From a bacterium (GTDB taxonomy: Bacteria > SZUA-182 > DTGQ01 > JAFGSM01): a DNA stretch of 64,000 bases. Of this stretch, positions 39,306 through 50,712 are shown in pieces (position 1 is the first letter of the stretch; the number at the start of each line of letters is the position of its first letter). Made by a program: the position numbers and the translations under genes. The notes under the pieces were generated by a model, which had not been told where the DNA came from, searched no databases, and saw only the letters and a list, made by a program, of their open reading frames with translations. The stretch is taken from positions 32,001 to 96,000 of the forward strand of contig JBLIRO010000002.1 in assembly GCA_049472335.1 (NCBI GenBank), written 5' to 3'.

Positions 39306-40347
39306 TCTTTATCTTTGCCTTCATTACCTTATGCCCTATAAGCATCTCGGCAATCTGGACGGCATTGAGAGCGGCGCCTTTACGAAGGTTGTCAGCCACG
39401 ATCCACATGTTAAGGCCTGAGGGTATGGTTTCGTCCCTTCGAACCCGGCCTACAAATACAGGGTCTTCCCCCGCGGCATTTATAGGGAGCGGATAAATAT
39501 TCCGGGCAGGGTCATCAACAACTACAATACCGGTGTTTTTCCGAAGAATCTCGCGACATTCATCAGGAGACAATGGCTTCTCCAGTTCAATATTTACCGC
39601 TTCTGAGTGTCCGACAAAGACCGGGACCCTTACTGTGGTGGCAGTCACCCGGATAGAATCGTCCCCCATGATCTTCTTGGTTTCATTGACCATCTTCATT
39701 TCCTCTTTGGTATAGCCGTTTTCGAGGAAAATATCGATATGAGGAAGACAATTGAAGGCGATCTGGTGGGGATATACCGTAGGCTTTATCTCGTTTTGTT
39801 GAAAATTGAATATCATCTTGCTCTGTTCGAGTAACTCATCAACTGCCTCTTTGCCGGTTCCTGACACGGCCTGATATGTAGACACAACAATCCTCTTAAT
39901 TTTTGCATGATCATGAATCGGCTTCAATACAACTACCATCTGGATAGTCGAGCAATTGGGATTTGCAATGATCCCTTTATGGGTTTTAATTGCATCAGGA
40001 TTGACCTCAGGGACAACCAGAGGCACCTCCGGCGCCATCCTGAAAGCACTGCTGTTGTCTACTACAACAGTGCCGGCCTTTACTGCCAGTGGAGCAAATT
40101 CACTGCTCACCCCTGCACCGGCGGAAAAAAGGGCGATATCGATTCCCTCAAATGAATCCGTTTTCAATTCCTTAACAGTGATCGATTTATTATCAAAGGA
40201 TACCTGTGACCCTGCTGTTCTGTAAGAGGCAAGGGGGACAAGCTCGCTTATGGGAAAGGCCCTCTCTTCGAGAACGGAAATCATCTCTTTTCCCACAACT
40301 CCGGTGGCGCCAACCACTGCAACACGATAATTTTGTTTTTTCTCCAT
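39298..40347 (-). CDS. asd: Aspartate-semialdehyde dehydrogenase
   Basis: VVGATGVVG, DNSSAFRM, NPNCSTIQ, DNLRKGAA; ATG at 40347. Confidence 0.96.
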   Translation of the reverse strand: MEKKQNYRVAVVGATGVVGKEMISVLEERAFPISELVPLASYRTAGSQVSFDNKSITVKELKTDSFEGIDIALFSAGAGVSSEFAPLAVKAGTVVVDNSSAFRMAPEVPLVVPEVNPDAIKTHKGIIANPNCSTIQMVVVLKPIHDHAKIKRIVVSTYQAVSGTGKEAVDELLEQSKMIFNFQQNEIKPTVYPHQIAFNCLPHIDIFLENGYTKEEMKMVNETKKIMGDDSIRVTATTVRVPVFVGHSEAVNIELEKPLSPDECREILRKNTGIVVVDDPARNIYPLPINAAGEDPVFVGRVRRDETIPSGLNMWIVADNLRKGAALNAVQIAEMLIGHKVMKAKIKII

Positions 40348-40360
40348 GCTTAAAACCTCA

Positions 40361-41431
40361 CTATGCTTGTTTGGAAGGATCTCGGATAAGATCTGCAACC
40401 ATATCCCCTATCTCATGTGTCTTATAACCGCTTTTGGTAGACAAATCCTTAATCTTGCCGCTGGACAGGAGTGAAATAATGGCTTGTTCAATCAACCTGC
40501 TCCCGTCATATTCCTTAAGGTGATCCAGCATCATTTGTGCTGCGGAAATAGTGGCTAAAGGATTTATAATCCCTTTTCCTGTATATTTGGGTGCAGATCC
40601 ATGGATTGGTTCAAACATTGATACGCCCTCAGGGTTTATGTTCCCTGAGGCGGCTATGCCCAACCCACCCTGAATCATGGCACCAAGATCAGTGATAATG
40701 TCCCCGAACATATTACAAACAACTATTACATCAAACCATTCAGGATTTTTTACCATCCACATACAAGTTGCATCCACGTAAGCATGGTCCCTTTGTATGT
40801 CGCCATATTCATTTCCCACTTCTGCAAACACCCTTTGCCAGAGGTCATGGGCGTAGGTCAATACATTTGATTTATCACAGAGGGTCAATTTCTTTTCTTT
40901 ATTTCTTCTGCGGGTCAGGTCAAACGCGTAGCGGATGCATCGTTCCACTCCCTTTCTGGTGTTTATCATTTCCTGGATAGCAACTTCATCCTTCTGCCCC
41001 TTTTTAAAGAAGCCGCCAATTCCCACATAAAGGCCTTCGGTGTTCTCCCGGACGACTACAAAGTCAATATCATTCGGGCACTTATCTTTCAGAGGTGTCC
41101 AGACTCCTGGATAAAGCTTGATCGGCCTCAGGTTGATATATAGGTCAAGTTCGAACCGTAAACGCAATAGAAGCCCTTTTTCCAATATCCCCGCTTGAAC
41201 ACCAGGATGCCCGACAGCGCCAAGATAAATGGCATCCATATCTTTTAGCTCTGTCATAGCTGAATCAGGGATGATTTCACCGGTCTTTAAATATCTATCT
41301 CCGCCAAAGTCATAATGGTGTGCTTTGAATTGGAAACCGGCTATTTCGGATGCAGTTCGAAGGGCCTTCAATCCTTCATTTATTACTTCAGGTCCTATCC
41401 CGTCGCCAGGTATAACAGCTATATTGTACAT
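40361..41431 (-). CDS. leuB: 3-isopropylmalate dehydrogenase
   Basis: [32 protein letters not shown]. Confidence 0.93.
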   Translation of the reverse strand: MYNIAVIPGDGIGPEVINEGLKALRTASEIAGFQFKAHHYDFGGDRYLKTGEIIPDSAMTELKDMDAIYLGAVGHPGVQAGILEKGLLLRLRFELDLYINLRPIKLYPGVWTPLKDKCPNDIDFVVVRENTEGLYVGIGGFFKKGQKDEVAIQEMINTRKGVERCIRYAFDLTRRRNKEKKLTLCDKSNVLTYAHDLWQRVFAEVGNEYGDIQRDHAYVDATCMWMVKNPEWFDVIVVCNMFGDIITDLGAMIQGGLGIAASGNINPEGVSMFEPIHGSAPKYTGKGIINPLATISAAQMMLDHLKEYDGSRLIEQAIISLLSSGKIKDLSTKSGYKTHEIGDMVADLIRDPSKQA

Positions 41432-41433
41432 GT

Positions 41434-41667
41434 ATTACTCCCCTTCAGGTGCTAATTAAAAAATGCAAATTTTAAAATGCAAAATGCAAAATGCAAATTT
41501 AAAAACAACCTTCATCGGTTTTGGCGAGAACAATTCGAGATTTTCCTTTATTCATCATTCATCATTTTGCATTGCATAGAGATTTTTTCTTTATTCCTTC
41601 AATCTTCAATCTTCAATTTGCATTTTGCAATTTGATATTTGCAATTTGCAATTGATTACTCCCCTTC
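41434..41667. mobile_element. About 208-bp non-coding insertion of heptamer repeats with imperfect terminal inverted repeats and a 13-bp flanking direct repeat
   Basis: ATTACTCCCCTTC at 41434-41446 and 41655-41667; 41453-41490 vs reverse complement of 41617-41654 match 31/38; AAAATGC, TTCATCA and TTCAATC heptamer arrays. Confidence 0.6.
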
Positions 41668-42084
41668 GTTTTTTGTGGATTTGCCTTTTTGACCGCAACA
41701 ATTTTTATATTTTTTATCGCTTCCACATGGACAGGGAGCATTTCGATCAATAGGTGTACTACCCATGACTATGATCTTGTTTTGTCGTTGTTTTGATCTG
41801 GGTCTTTTGTTTTCTGTTTTGACTTTATTGTCCATCCACTCTTCGTCATCCCATAACATATAATCCTCTTCCATCATCATAACTATTTCTTCGATCTTTT
41901 GATTGATTAAAAGAAGAGGAAATAGTATCAGGAGGCAACAGAAAGGAGCCATAAGAAGCAAAGCCGTCTGAAAAGCGCTAATAGGTAGAAATAGATTTAC
42001 AACTGTTCCTATCCCTATGAATAAAGTTCCTACTAACAAACAAGATAAGACAGCCAGAAAACAAATAAAACAGAAACTTTTCAT
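41656..42084 (-). CDS. Small membrane protein with C-terminal SEC-C motif
   Basis: 2 TM, acidic patch, RNAPCPCGSDKKYKNCC. Confidence 0.8.
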   Translation of the reverse strand: MKSFCFICFLAVLSCLLVGTLFIGIGTVVNLFLPISAFQTALLLMAPFCCLLILFPLLLINQKIEEIVMMMEEDYMLWDDEEWMDNKVKTENKRPRSKQRQNKIIVMGSTPIDRNAPCPCGSDKKYKNCCGQKGKSTKNEGE

Positions 42085-42587
42085 GAAATGACTCCTTTTA
42101 TATAGTTCATCAACCCGCCGCTTGCAATCAATTCCTTCATAAACGGAGGATAGGGAACGATCTCATATTCCTCCTGCCTTGTAAGATTTATAATCTTTCC
42201 AATCTCAACATTTACCTCAACATGATCTCCTGTCTGAATATTCAAGGCAGCCTGTTCGGATTCGACTATAGGTAACCCAATGTTTATGGCATTTCTGAAA
42301 AAGATCCGGGCAAAACTGGCGGCAATTACACAGCTTATCCCTGCCGCCTTGATACAGATGGGGGCATGTTCCCTGGATGAGCCGCAACCGAAGTTTGCCC
42401 CTCCTACCAGAACATCTCCGGTTTTCACCTGGGACACAAAGTTTTCGTCCAGATCTTTCAAGCAATATTGTGCCAGTTCATCTGGGTCTGTTATATTAAG
42501 GTATCTGGCAGGGATAATCTCGTCTGTATTTATATTATCGCCGTATTTCCATGCCTTTCCTTTGATTTTACTGATGGATTGCACCAC
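42081..42587 (-). CDS. leuD: 3-isopropylmalate dehydratase small subunit
   Basis: [34 protein letters not shown]. Confidence 0.95.
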   Translation of the reverse strand: MVQSISKIKGKAWKYGDNINTDEIIPARYLNITDPDELAQYCLKDLDENFVSQVKTGDVLVGGANFGCGSSREHAPICIKAAGISCVIAASFARIFFRNAINIGLPIVESEQAALNIQTGDHVEVNVEIGKIINLTRQEEYEIVPYPPFMKELIASGGLMNYIKGVIS

Positions 42588-43872
42588 TTTTTACCTCCTC
42601 CGGTCCGCCAATTCGACCCAGAATAGCGGATGCCGCCGCAATGGCAGGATTTGCAAGATAAACCTCGCTTTTTATATGTCCCATGCGGCCGACAAAATTT
42701 CTATTTGTTGTTGCAATAGCCCGTTCACCTTCAGCCAGAACCCCCATATGCCCTCCAAGGCAGGGCCCGCATGTGGGTGGAGATATTACAGCCCCTGAGT
42801 CTAAAAAAATGGTCAATAGCCCTTCTTCCAAAGCCTGTTTATAAATGCTTTGGGTTGCGGGGATGACTATTAGACGTACATCCGGATGGACCTTTTCCCC
42901 TTTCAGGACCTTCGCGGCAGTTCTCAGATCATTTATCCTCCCATTTGTGCAGGAGCCGATTACGGACTGATCAATCCTGATTGTGCCAACCTCGCTAATG
43001 GAGCGGATATTTGAAGGAAGATGAGGGAAAGCTACCTGAGGTTCCAGGTTGTCAACAGACCATTCAAATATCTTTTGATATGAGGCATCAACATCACCAT
43101 AAACAGGCTTAAACTCGCGTACAGCTCTGCTATTACAATAGTCCAGGGTTTTTTGGTCAGGCGCTATTATCCCATTTTTCGCACCCGCTTCAATAGCCAT
43201 GTTACATATCGTAAATCGGTCATCCATTGATAGTTCATCAATGGCGGGACCTGTGAATTCCATGCTCATATATCGGGCGCCTTCCACACCTATTTTGCCT
43301 ATTGTATATAGTATAAGATCTTTCCCGCTTACCCATGGTTTTAATCGGCCTTTATAAATAAATTTAAGCGCATGGGGAACCTTGAACCAGATTTCCCCTG
43401 TAATCATGGCGGCGGCAAAATCAGTGCTTCCAACTCCGGTGGCAAAGGCCCCAACCGCGCCGTAAGTGCAGGTGTGAGAATCTGCCCCGATAATAAGCTC
43501 TCCAGGCAAAATAAGACCCTGTTCAGGGATAAGGGCATGTTCAATCCCTGCCTGGCCTACCTCAAAATAGTATTTTAATCCCTGATCCCGGGAAAATTCC
43601 CGGATCTGCAGGGCAAGTTGAGCTGATTTTATATCCTTATTAGGTGTAGAGTGATCGGGTATAAGATAGACCCTTTCTTTGTCGAAGACCCTTTTCGCGC
43701 CAATCCTTTTAAATTCATTGATTGCCAATGGAGCTGTTATATCATTCCCAAGGCAACAGTCAACCTTGGCCTTGATGAATTCTCCGGGTCTTACAGATTC
43801 TTTTCCTGAATGTTGTGCCAAAATCTTTTGGCTGATATTCATAGGTTCGGACATTTTATTATGTTCCTTCAA
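42568..43872 (-). CDS. leuC: 3-isopropylmalate dehydratase large subunit
   Basis: [35 protein letters not shown]; true start may be ATG 43854. Confidence 0.95.
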   Translation of the reverse strand: MKEHNKMSEPMNISQKILAQHSGKESVRPGEFIKAKVDCCLGNDITAPLAINEFKRIGAKRVFDKERVYLIPDHSTPNKDIKSAQLALQIREFSRDQGLKYYFEVGQAGIEHALIPEQGLILPGELIIGADSHTCTYGAVGAFATGVGSTDFAAAMITGEIWFKVPHALKFIYKGRLKPWVSGKDLILYTIGKIGVEGARYMSMEFTGPAIDELSMDDRFTICNMAIEAGAKNGIIAPDQKTLDYCNSRAVREFKPVYGDVDASYQKIFEWSVDNLEPQVAFPHLPSNIRSISEVGTIRIDQSVIGSCTNGRINDLRTAAKVLKGEKVHPDVRLIVIPATQSIYKQALEEGLLTIFLDSGAVISPPTCGPCLGGHMGVLAEGERAIATTNRNFVGRMGHIKSEVYLANPAIAAASAILGRIGGPEEVKSGAIHQ

Positions 43873-43875
43873 GCA

Positions 43876-45420
43876 CTATAGGGATGGAGGTGGCCCCTGC
43901 CCCTTTTTTTCATTTCGATAGACGGCCTTATTGATTGCATTGAGATAGGCCTTTACGCTTGCAACTATAACATCAGTCGACACCCCCCGCCCTGTGAAAA
44001 CCTGCTCTCCTATATTTACTTTGATATTGACATCTCCTACGGCATCTTTACCTCCTGCTACCGCATTTATCGCATATGACATCAATATGCCGGGCATGTT
44101 CGTCAGGCGGTCTATAGTCTTGTATGCGGCATCCACAGGGCCATCACCGCAAGCTGAGTCTTGGAGTATTTCTCCGTTCCGTTTCAGCTTAATGGTTGCG
44201 GTTGGTATAGTACTATTTCCGCTTGAGATATGGATATAATCAAGTGCGAAAGCCTCCGGTATGGAATATATCTCATCCTCTACTATGGCCTGAAGCTCTT
44301 CATCGAAAATCTCTTTCTTCTTGTCTGCCAGTTCCTTGAATCTTTCAAATGCCTTATCCAGATCAATGGGGGACAATTCATAACCCAATTCAGCCAATCG
44401 GGCTGAAAAGGCATGTCTTCCGGAATGCTTACCCAAAACCATTCGGCTTTGTTTAAGGCCGATAGACTCTGGGGTCATTATCTCATAGGTGGTTTTTTCC
44501 TTAAGCACTCCGTCCTGATGGATTCCAGCCTCATGCGCAAAGGCGTTTTCGCCCACTATGGCTTTGTTCCTTTGCACCGATATTCCGGTGAGATGGCTGA
44601 CCATCCTGCTTGTCTTGTATATCTCTTCTGTACGGATATCCGTGTAATTACGAAAAAAATCCGGTCTTGTCCTTAAGGACATAACAATCTCTTCCATAGC
44701 TGCGTTTCCTGCCCTCTCTCCCAGGCCATTGACAGTGCATTCCACTTGCCTGACACCATTTTCAATGGCTGCCAGAGAATTTGCCACGGCCAGCCCCAGG
44801 TCATTATGACAATGGCAGCTCAGGACTGCTTTATGCATATTGGGGACCCTCTCACAAATAAGCTTGATTAGCGCCCCGAATTCCGGAGGAATGGCATACC
44901 CTACAGTATCAGGAATGTTGATTGTGGTAGCCCCTGACTTTATGGCCAGTTCTATGATTCGGCACAGAAAGTCCCGATCGGACCTGAATGCGTCCTCAGC
45001 CGAGAACTCTACATCCGGGCATAGGGATCTCGCGTAACTTACTGCTTCCTTTGCCATGGCAAGAATCTCGTCTCTATCCTTTTTAAGCTTATACTTCATG
45101 TGAATATCGGATGTGGCAATGAAAGTATGGATACGGGGCCGCTTTGAATACTTTACTGCCTCCCACGCACGATCAATATCACCCTTTGTGGTGCGTGCAA
45201 GTCCAGCTACTGCAGGTCCTTCGACCTCCTGAGCCACCCTTTTGACTGCTTCAAAGTCACCTTGAGAAGCTATAGGAAATCCGGCCTCTATAACGTCCAC
45301 ATTGAGTTTTGCCAGTTGTTTGGCAATCTGCAGCTTCTGAGTCATATTCAGGCTTGCTCCGGGAGACTGCTCTCCATCCCTAAGGGTTGTATCAAAGATG
45401 ATTATTCTATCCTTACTCAT
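43876..45420 (-). CDS. leuA: 2-isopropylmalate synthase
   Basis: [39 protein letters not shown]. Confidence 0.96.
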   Translation of the reverse strand: MSKDRIIIFDTTLRDGEQSPGASLNMTQKLQIAKQLAKLNVDVIEAGFPIASQGDFEAVKRVAQEVEGPAVAGLARTTKGDIDRAWEAVKYSKRPRIHTFIATSDIHMKYKLKKDRDEILAMAKEAVSYARSLCPDVEFSAEDAFRSDRDFLCRIIELAIKSGATTINIPDTVGYAIPPEFGALIKLICERVPNMHKAVLSCHCHNDLGLAVANSLAAIENGVRQVECTVNGLGERAGNAAMEEIVMSLRTRPDFFRNYTDIRTEEIYKTSRMVSHLTGISVQRNKAIVGENAFAHEAGIHQDGVLKEKTTYEIMTPESIGLKQSRMVLGKHSGRHAFSARLAELGYELSPIDLDKAFERFKELADKKKEIFDEELQAIVEDEIYSIPEAFALDYIHISSGNSTIPTATIKLKRNGEILQDSACGDGPVDAAYKTIDRLTNMPGILMSYAINAVAGGKDAVGDVNIKVNIGEQVFTGRGVSTDVIVASVKAYLNAINKAVYRNEKKGQGPPPSL

Positions 45421-46174
45421 CTTTTTCTCCTTTCAGAATCCTCGATCTATGTCTTTTTGCTATAGCATGAGGAGTCAGCACCCTCACATGTTTCAGGATC
45501 ATCTCCGCCGGTCCGGAAATAACATACCCCAAAAAGAGAATAAAACACATTACACGGGGTTCCGCTGCCACAATAAGCAGAATAAGCAAGATCATAACCA
45601 GGACATGAAAAGGCCTTTTCTCTCTGAGGTTCAATTGCTTAAGGCTTCGGTATCTGATAGTGCTTACCATTAAAAAAGCCATAGCATAGGCCAGGATAAC
45701 GATCAAAACCGGCTTTCTGACATCCGGCCCAAAGAGCAACTGATTCAAAATAATAAACGAGGAAACCGTTCCTGCCGCGGCTGGAATGGGCAAGCCTGTA
45801 AAACTTTTACTTTCGGATGTATTTACCTGACAGTTGAATCTTGCCAGTCTGAGTGCTCCGCAAACTACAAACAGAAAAGAGGCTAGCCAGCCGATTCGCC
45901 CAAAGGGCTTCAAGGCCCACATATAAATCAGGATCCCCGGTGCCAATCCAAAAGAGATCAGGTCGGCCAAAGAATCGAATTCAACACCGAATTTACTGCA
46001 TGTATTGGTCAATCTTGCCACCCTTCCGTCAAGGGCATCGAGGATGCCTGCCACCAGAATGGCAATTGCGGCAGCCTGGAAGTTATTATTCAACACGGAA
46101 ATTATGGCATAAAAGCCACAGAATATATTACCCATTGTAAAAAGACTGGGCAGTATATAAATCCCTCTTTTCAT
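45413..46174 (-). CDS. pssA: CDP-diacylglycerol-serine O-phosphatidyltransferase
   Basis: DALDGRVAR...[28 protein letters not shown]. Confidence 0.93.
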   Translation of the reverse strand: MKRGIYILPSLFTMGNIFCGFYAIISVLNNNFQAAAIAILVAGILDALDGRVARLTNTCSKFGVEFDSLADLISFGLAPGILIYMWALKPFGRIGWLASFLFVVCGALRLARFNCQVNTSESKSFTGLPIPAAAGTVSSFIILNQLLFGPDVRKPVLIVILAYAMAFLMVSTIRYRSLKQLNLREKRPFHVLVMILLILLIVAAEPRVMCFILFLGYVISGPAEMILKHVRVLTPHAIAKRHRSRILKGEKDE

Positions 46175-46366
46175 GAGTTCCTCACCAAAAAATTTTGCCC
46201 TTTACAGGGATAATATGTAATAATCTTTAGTCGGATAATTCAAACAATATATTATGATTTTATCACAATGAATCATAATCTTTTAGTTGTTAAAAAATGT
46301 ATAACTCTTTCCAACAACTAAAAGGTTACGATGAATTATATGGTAAAGGAAAGCAAAAAGCAATAA

Positions 46367-47008
46367 TTATAATCTGATTCGGGCGATCGAGCTCAATCCC
46401 GCTTTGACCTTTTGCCCCGGATGAACCAGAATTTCAATATTTGACGGAAGAACGATGTCTACACGGGAGCCAAACCGGATAAGGCCGAAGCGGTTCCCCT
46501 GGTCTACAAAATCTCCTGGTTTGGCCTGACAAACAATCCTGCGTGCAATCAAACCTGCAATCTGACGAATTCCGATTTCCATGCGATCGTTCTTAATATG
46601 GATAGTATTTTGCTCATTAAAATCGGAAGCCTTTTCCTTAAAGGCAGGGAGGAATTTGCCCGGATTGTATTCACATCTGGTAACCTGCCCGGAAATTGGT
46701 ATTCTGTTAATATGACAATTTAAAACCGACATAAAGACGCTGATTTGCTTAAGGGACGGCATACTTTCATCTTTCGCTGGTCTTGCATAGATATCCAAAA
46801 TTCGTCCATCGGCGGGAGACAGGATAAGGTCTTCATCCTTTATTATATTTCTCTCCGGGTCCCGGAAAAATATTGTTACACATATAGTCACCGTCATAAA
46901 AAACAGGGCTGTTTTTATGTACCCTATTGAGATGAATATAATAAAACACAACAGTCCCAGAGAGATGAAGGGCCATCCTTCACGGGCAACAGGTATACGG
47001 ATTTTCAT
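46367..47008 (-). CDS. psd: Phosphatidylserine decarboxylase proenzyme (short type)
   Basis: FFRDPER, SPADG, HINR.P, QIAGLIARRI, RFGSRVD. Confidence 0.93.
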   Translation of the reverse strand: MKIRIPVAREGWPFISLGLLCFIIFISIGYIKTALFFMTVTICVTIFFRDPERNIIKDEDLILSPADGRILDIYARPAKDESMPSLKQISVFMSVLNCHINRIPISGQVTRCEYNPGKFLPAFKEKASDFNEQNTIHIKNDRMEIGIRQIAGLIARRIVCQAKPGDFVDQGNRFGLIRFGSRVDIVLPSNIEILVHPGQKVKAGLSSIARIRL

Positions 47009-47034
47009 TTTAAGGAATTTATGGAAATTTCTGG

Positions 47035-48027
47035 TTATTTCTTAAGCCAGCTCATCATGCTTCTGAGCTTCTTGCCAACTTGCTCAATGAGATGTTCCGA
47101 TTGTTGTTTACGCAGGGCGTTAAATACCGGCCTTCCCGCCTGGTTCTCAAGTATCCATTCACGCGCGAACTCTCCGCTTTGGATCTCGTCCAGGATATAT
47201 CTCATCTCTTCCCTTGTTTCTTCGGATATGATCCTTTTCCCGCGGGTCAGGTCTCCATATTCTGCCGTGTCGCTTATTGAATAGCGCATCCCGCTAATAC
47301 CATGTTCATAGATTAGATCCACGATCAGCTTCACTTCATGAAGGCATTCAAAGTAAGCCACTTCGGGTTGGTAACCTGCTTCCACAAGGGTTTCAAAACC
47401 GGCGCGGATCAATTCGGTCAGCCCTCCGCACAAGACAACCTGCTCACCGAAGAGATCTGTTTCTGTTTCCTCTGCGAATGTTGTCTCTAAAACACCCGCC
47501 CTGGTTGCACCTATTCCTTTGGCATGTGCCAAGGCCAAATCTTTCGCCTTCCCTGAATGATCTTGATAAACTGCGATGAGTGACGGAACGCCCTGTCCCT
47601 GCAAATAAATCCTCCGTACCAAATGACCGGGCCCCTTGGGAGCGACCATGTATACATCTATGTCTTCCGGCGGGATAATCTGGTTGAAATGGATATTGAA
47701 GCCGTGCGAGAAAACGATAGTATTGCCTGGTTTGACATGATCTTTGATCTGGGTTTCGTAAATCTTTGGCTGAAACTGGTCGGGAACGAGGATTTGGATG
47801 ATATCCGCCTGTTTCGCGGCTTCAGGAGTGCTTAAGATGTTCATTCCGTCCTTTTCCGCTTGTTTCCAGTTGCTGCTTCCGGGCAGATCGCTTACAATTA
47901 CATTCAATCCGCTATCCTTAAGATTTTGGGATTGCGCGTGCCCCTGGCTTCCGTAACCAATTATTGCTAAAGTCTTATCCTTTAAAATTCCCAGATCGGC
48001 ATCCTGATCATAATACATCTTTATCAT
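47035..48027 (-). CDS. ilvC: Ketol-acid reductoisomerase
   Basis: [34 protein letters not shown]. Confidence 0.97.
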   Translation of the reverse strand: MIKMYYDQDADLGILKDKTLAIIGYGSQGHAQSQNLKDSGLNVIVSDLPGSSNWKQAEKDGMNILSTPEAAKQADIIQILVPDQFQPKIYETQIKDHVKPGNTIVFSHGFNIHFNQIIPPEDIDVYMVAPKGPGHLVRRIYLQGQGVPSLIAVYQDHSGKAKDLALAHAKGIGATRAGVLETTFAEETETDLFGEQVVLCGGLTELIRAGFETLVEAGYQPEVAYFECLHEVKLIVDLIYEHGISGMRYSISDTAEYGDLTRGKRIISEETREEMRYILDEIQSGEFAREWILENQAGRPVFNALRKQQSEHLIEQVGKKLRSMMSWLKK

Positions 48028-48057
48028 TATTTTATCTCCTGCGGTTAGATTTTAATT

Positions 48058-48537
48058 CTATTTTTTGCCTCTTGTCAGGGCAACTTTGCCGGTTCTAGCT
48101 ATTTCTATAACGCCGAAAGGTTTAAGCAGATCAATCAATGCCAGTATTTTATCCTGGACCCCTGTTACTTCCAGTGTGAGCGTCTTCGGAGAGACATCTA
48201 CGATCTTTCCCCGGAATATATCACAAATCCTTAAGATTTCTGCCCTGTTATGAGACTCGGCAGAGACCTTAAGCAAGACCATTTCCCTTTCCACATACTC
48301 AACATCCGAAAGGTCACTAACCTTTATAACATCGATCAGCCTGCGGAGCTGCTTTATAACCTGTTCGACAATCTGGTCATCACCGGTTGTGACAAGTGTC
48401 ATTCTGGATATGGTCGGATCGATGGTTTCTCCCACGGAAAGGCTGTCAATATTAAAACCTCTCGCACTAAAAAGACCTGCGATCCTTGCCAGCACTCCGA
48501 ACTTATTTTCAACTAATACACTGATAGTATGGCGCAA
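48058..48537 (-). CDS. ilvN: Acetolactate synthase small subunit, copy 1
   Basis: [34 protein letters not shown]. Confidence 0.93.
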   Translation of the reverse strand: MRHTISVLVENKFGVLARIAGLFSARGFNIDSLSVGETIDPTISRMTLVTTGDDQIVEQVIKQLRRLIDVIKVSDLSDVEYVEREMVLLKVSAESHNRAEILRICDIFRGKIVDVSPKTLTLEVTGVQDKILALIDLLKPFGVIEIARTGKVALTRGKK

Positions 48538-48550
48538 TCTCTCGACCTCC

Positions 48551-49033
48551 TCAGCTTAAGCTTCTTAATTCCAGAGCGATCAGACCGGTCCTGGCCATTT
48601 CATCGATACCATAAGGATTCAGCAGGTTGACAATATTATTAATAACCCGCTCTTCTCCGGAAATTTCTATCGTGATGGTTTCTTCGGACATATCCACAAC
48701 CTTGGCACCAAAGACTTCGGCTATCTCGATGATCTCATGCCGTGATTGAGGGGTCGACATCACTGTAATAATAGCCAGTTCCCTGCTAACAGCCCTGTCA
48801 AACTTTAGATCGGAAACACTTATGACATCGACCAGCTTTTTAAGCTGTTTGCTTACCTGTTCAAGGACCCGTTCATCTCCTGAAACCACAATAGTGATCC
48901 TTGATATATTGGGATCTTCCGTTTCTCCGGCCACAAGGCTTTCAATGTTATAAGAACGCCTTGTAAACAGACCTGCCACATGGGAGAGAACACCCGCATG
49001 GTTTCTTACTAATACTGACAGGATATGCCTCAT
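48551..49033 (-). CDS. ilvN: Acetolactate synthase small subunit, copy 2
   Basis: [34 protein letters not shown]. Confidence 0.92.
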   Translation of the reverse strand: MRHILSVLVRNHAGVLSHVAGLFTRRSYNIESLVAGETEDPNISRITIVVSGDERVLEQVSKQLKKLVDVISVSDLKFDRAVSRELAIITVMSTPQSRHEIIEIAEVFGAKVVDMSEETITIEISGEERVINNIVNLLNPYGIDEMARTGLIALELRSLS

Positions 49034-50712
49034 CTTTGACTTTCCTTATCAAGCATTTGATTGATGGCGCCGCCCGGGGGCACCATTGGAAAAACATTTT
49101 CCTCGGGCGATACGTGGAAATCTATGACTACGGGTTTTTCAATCTTTATTGCTTCTTCTATGGCGGGTCTTACATCTTCCGGTTTTGTTACCAGTATCCC
49201 TTCTGCTTTATATCCCTTGGCAATAGCAGCAAAATCGGGGCAATCCCTGAGACATGTATGAGAATATCGACGATCGAAAAAGATTTCCTGCCATTGCCTA
49301 ACCATACCTAAAAAGCCATTATTCAATATTGCTATCTTTACATTTATTTTATTTTGGACAGCGGTGGCCAATTCCTGTATTGTCATCTGGAAGCTGCCGT
49401 CTCCCGCTATATCGAATACCACCCGGTCCGGGCATCCGACCTTTGCCCCTATGGAAGCAGGAAAACCGAACCCCATGGTGCCAAGACCGCCTGAGGTGAT
49501 AAAGGATCTTGGTATGGTAGTCTTGTAATACTGGGCCGCCCACATCTGATTTTGCCCCACTTCCGTTGTAATGATGGCTTCACCTTTGGTTGCTTCATAT
49601 ATCTGTTCAACCACATATTGTGGCTTTATCTCTGTCTCGGATTTGTCGTAGCTCAATGGATACTTATTCTTCCATTCATTTATTTGGGCCAGCCATTCAG
49701 GATGCTCCTTATGTTCGGCTATCTTGCACAAGGTGGAAAGCACCTCATTCGCGTCACCCACTATAGGTATATTTACTTTAATGATTTTGCTGATCTCTGC
49801 GGCATCTATATCAATATGTATGATTCGTGCATGCGGGGCAAATCTTTTGACATCTCCGGTCACCCGGTCGTCAAATCTCGCTCCCACTGCAATCAGAAGA
49901 TCCGATTCCGTGACTGCATAATTGGCATATCGCGTGCCGTGCATTCCCAGCATGCCAAGCGAAAGGTTATGGGTTTCCGGAAAAGCGCCTTTTCCCATAA
50001 GAGTTGTAGTAACGGGAATAGATGCCTTTTCAGCCAGTTCTTTCAATGGAGCCTCCGCGCCTGAAATGATTCCTCCTCCTCCCACATAAAGAACCGGGCG
50101 CTTTGCATTATTTATGGCATCAGCTGCAAGCTTAAACTGTTTCAGGTTTTCTTCCGGATTGGGGGCAGGATTTGAAAAAAACTCCACTTTCCTGCTTTCG
50201 TAATTTTCGGTTTCCTTGACCTGGACATCCTTGGGAAGATCCACCAGGATCGGACCAGGCCGTCCTGTGCCTGCCAGATAAAATGCTTCATCCAGAACCG
50301 ATCTTAAATCATTCACATTTTTCACTAGGTAATTATATTTTGTAATGGGTATGGTGATTCCATAGATATCCGCTTCCTGAAAACTGTCATTTCCGATCAT
50401 AGGGGTAGGCACCTGTCCTGTAAAGGCCACAAGCGGAACAGAATCCATGAATGCGTTCGCAAGCCCTGTTACCAGATTGGTTGCCCCTGGTCCTGATGTG
50501 GCAATGCAGACACCTGTCTTTCCCGTTGCCCTCGCATATGCGTCTGCCGCATGAACGGCACCCTGTTCATGTCTTGTCAGTATATGACGGATAGAGGATT
50601 GATAAAGCTCATCATAAATGGGAAGAACAGCACCACCCGGAAAACCGAAGATGGTTTCCATTCCGTGTTCGATTAAGGTATCCACAAAGATTTTGGCGCC
50701 ACTCTTTTTCAC
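49030..50712 (-). CDS. ilvB: Acetolactate synthase large subunit, copy 2
   Basis: [28 protein letters not shown]...NN, GMVRQWQ. Confidence 0.95.
   Translation of the reverse strand: MKKSGAKIFVDTLIEHGMETIFGFPGGAVLPIYDELYQSSIRHILTRHEQGAVHAADAYARATGKTGVCIATSGPGATNLVTGLANAFMDSVPLVAFTGQVPTPMIGNDSFQEADIYGITIPITKYNYLVKNVNDLRSVLDEAFYLAGTGRPGPILVDLPKDVQVKETENYESRKVEFFSNPAPNPEENLKQFKLAADAINNAKRPVLYVGGGGIISGAEAPLKELAEKASIPVTTTLMGKGAFPETHNLSLGMLGMHGTRYANYAVTESDLLIAVGARFDDRVTGDVKRFAPHARIIHIDIDAAEISKIIKVNIPIVGDANEVLSTLCKIAEHKEHPEWLAQINEWKNKYPLSYDKSETEIKPQYVVEQIYEATKGEAIITTEVGQNQMWAAQYYKTTIPRSFITSGGLGTMGFGFPASIGAKVGCPDRVVFDIAGDGSFQMTIQELATAVQNKINVKIAILNNGFLGMVRQWQEIFFDRRYSHTCLRDCPDFAAIAKGYKAEGILVTKPEDVRPAIEEAIKIEKPVVIDFHVSPEENVFPMVPPGGAINQMLDKESQR

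Noticed and set aside
45413..47008. psd-pssA inside the ilv-leu cluster as a novelty
   Set aside because: The ilvC-psd-pssA-leuA order is a known conserved arrangement in several bacterial groups
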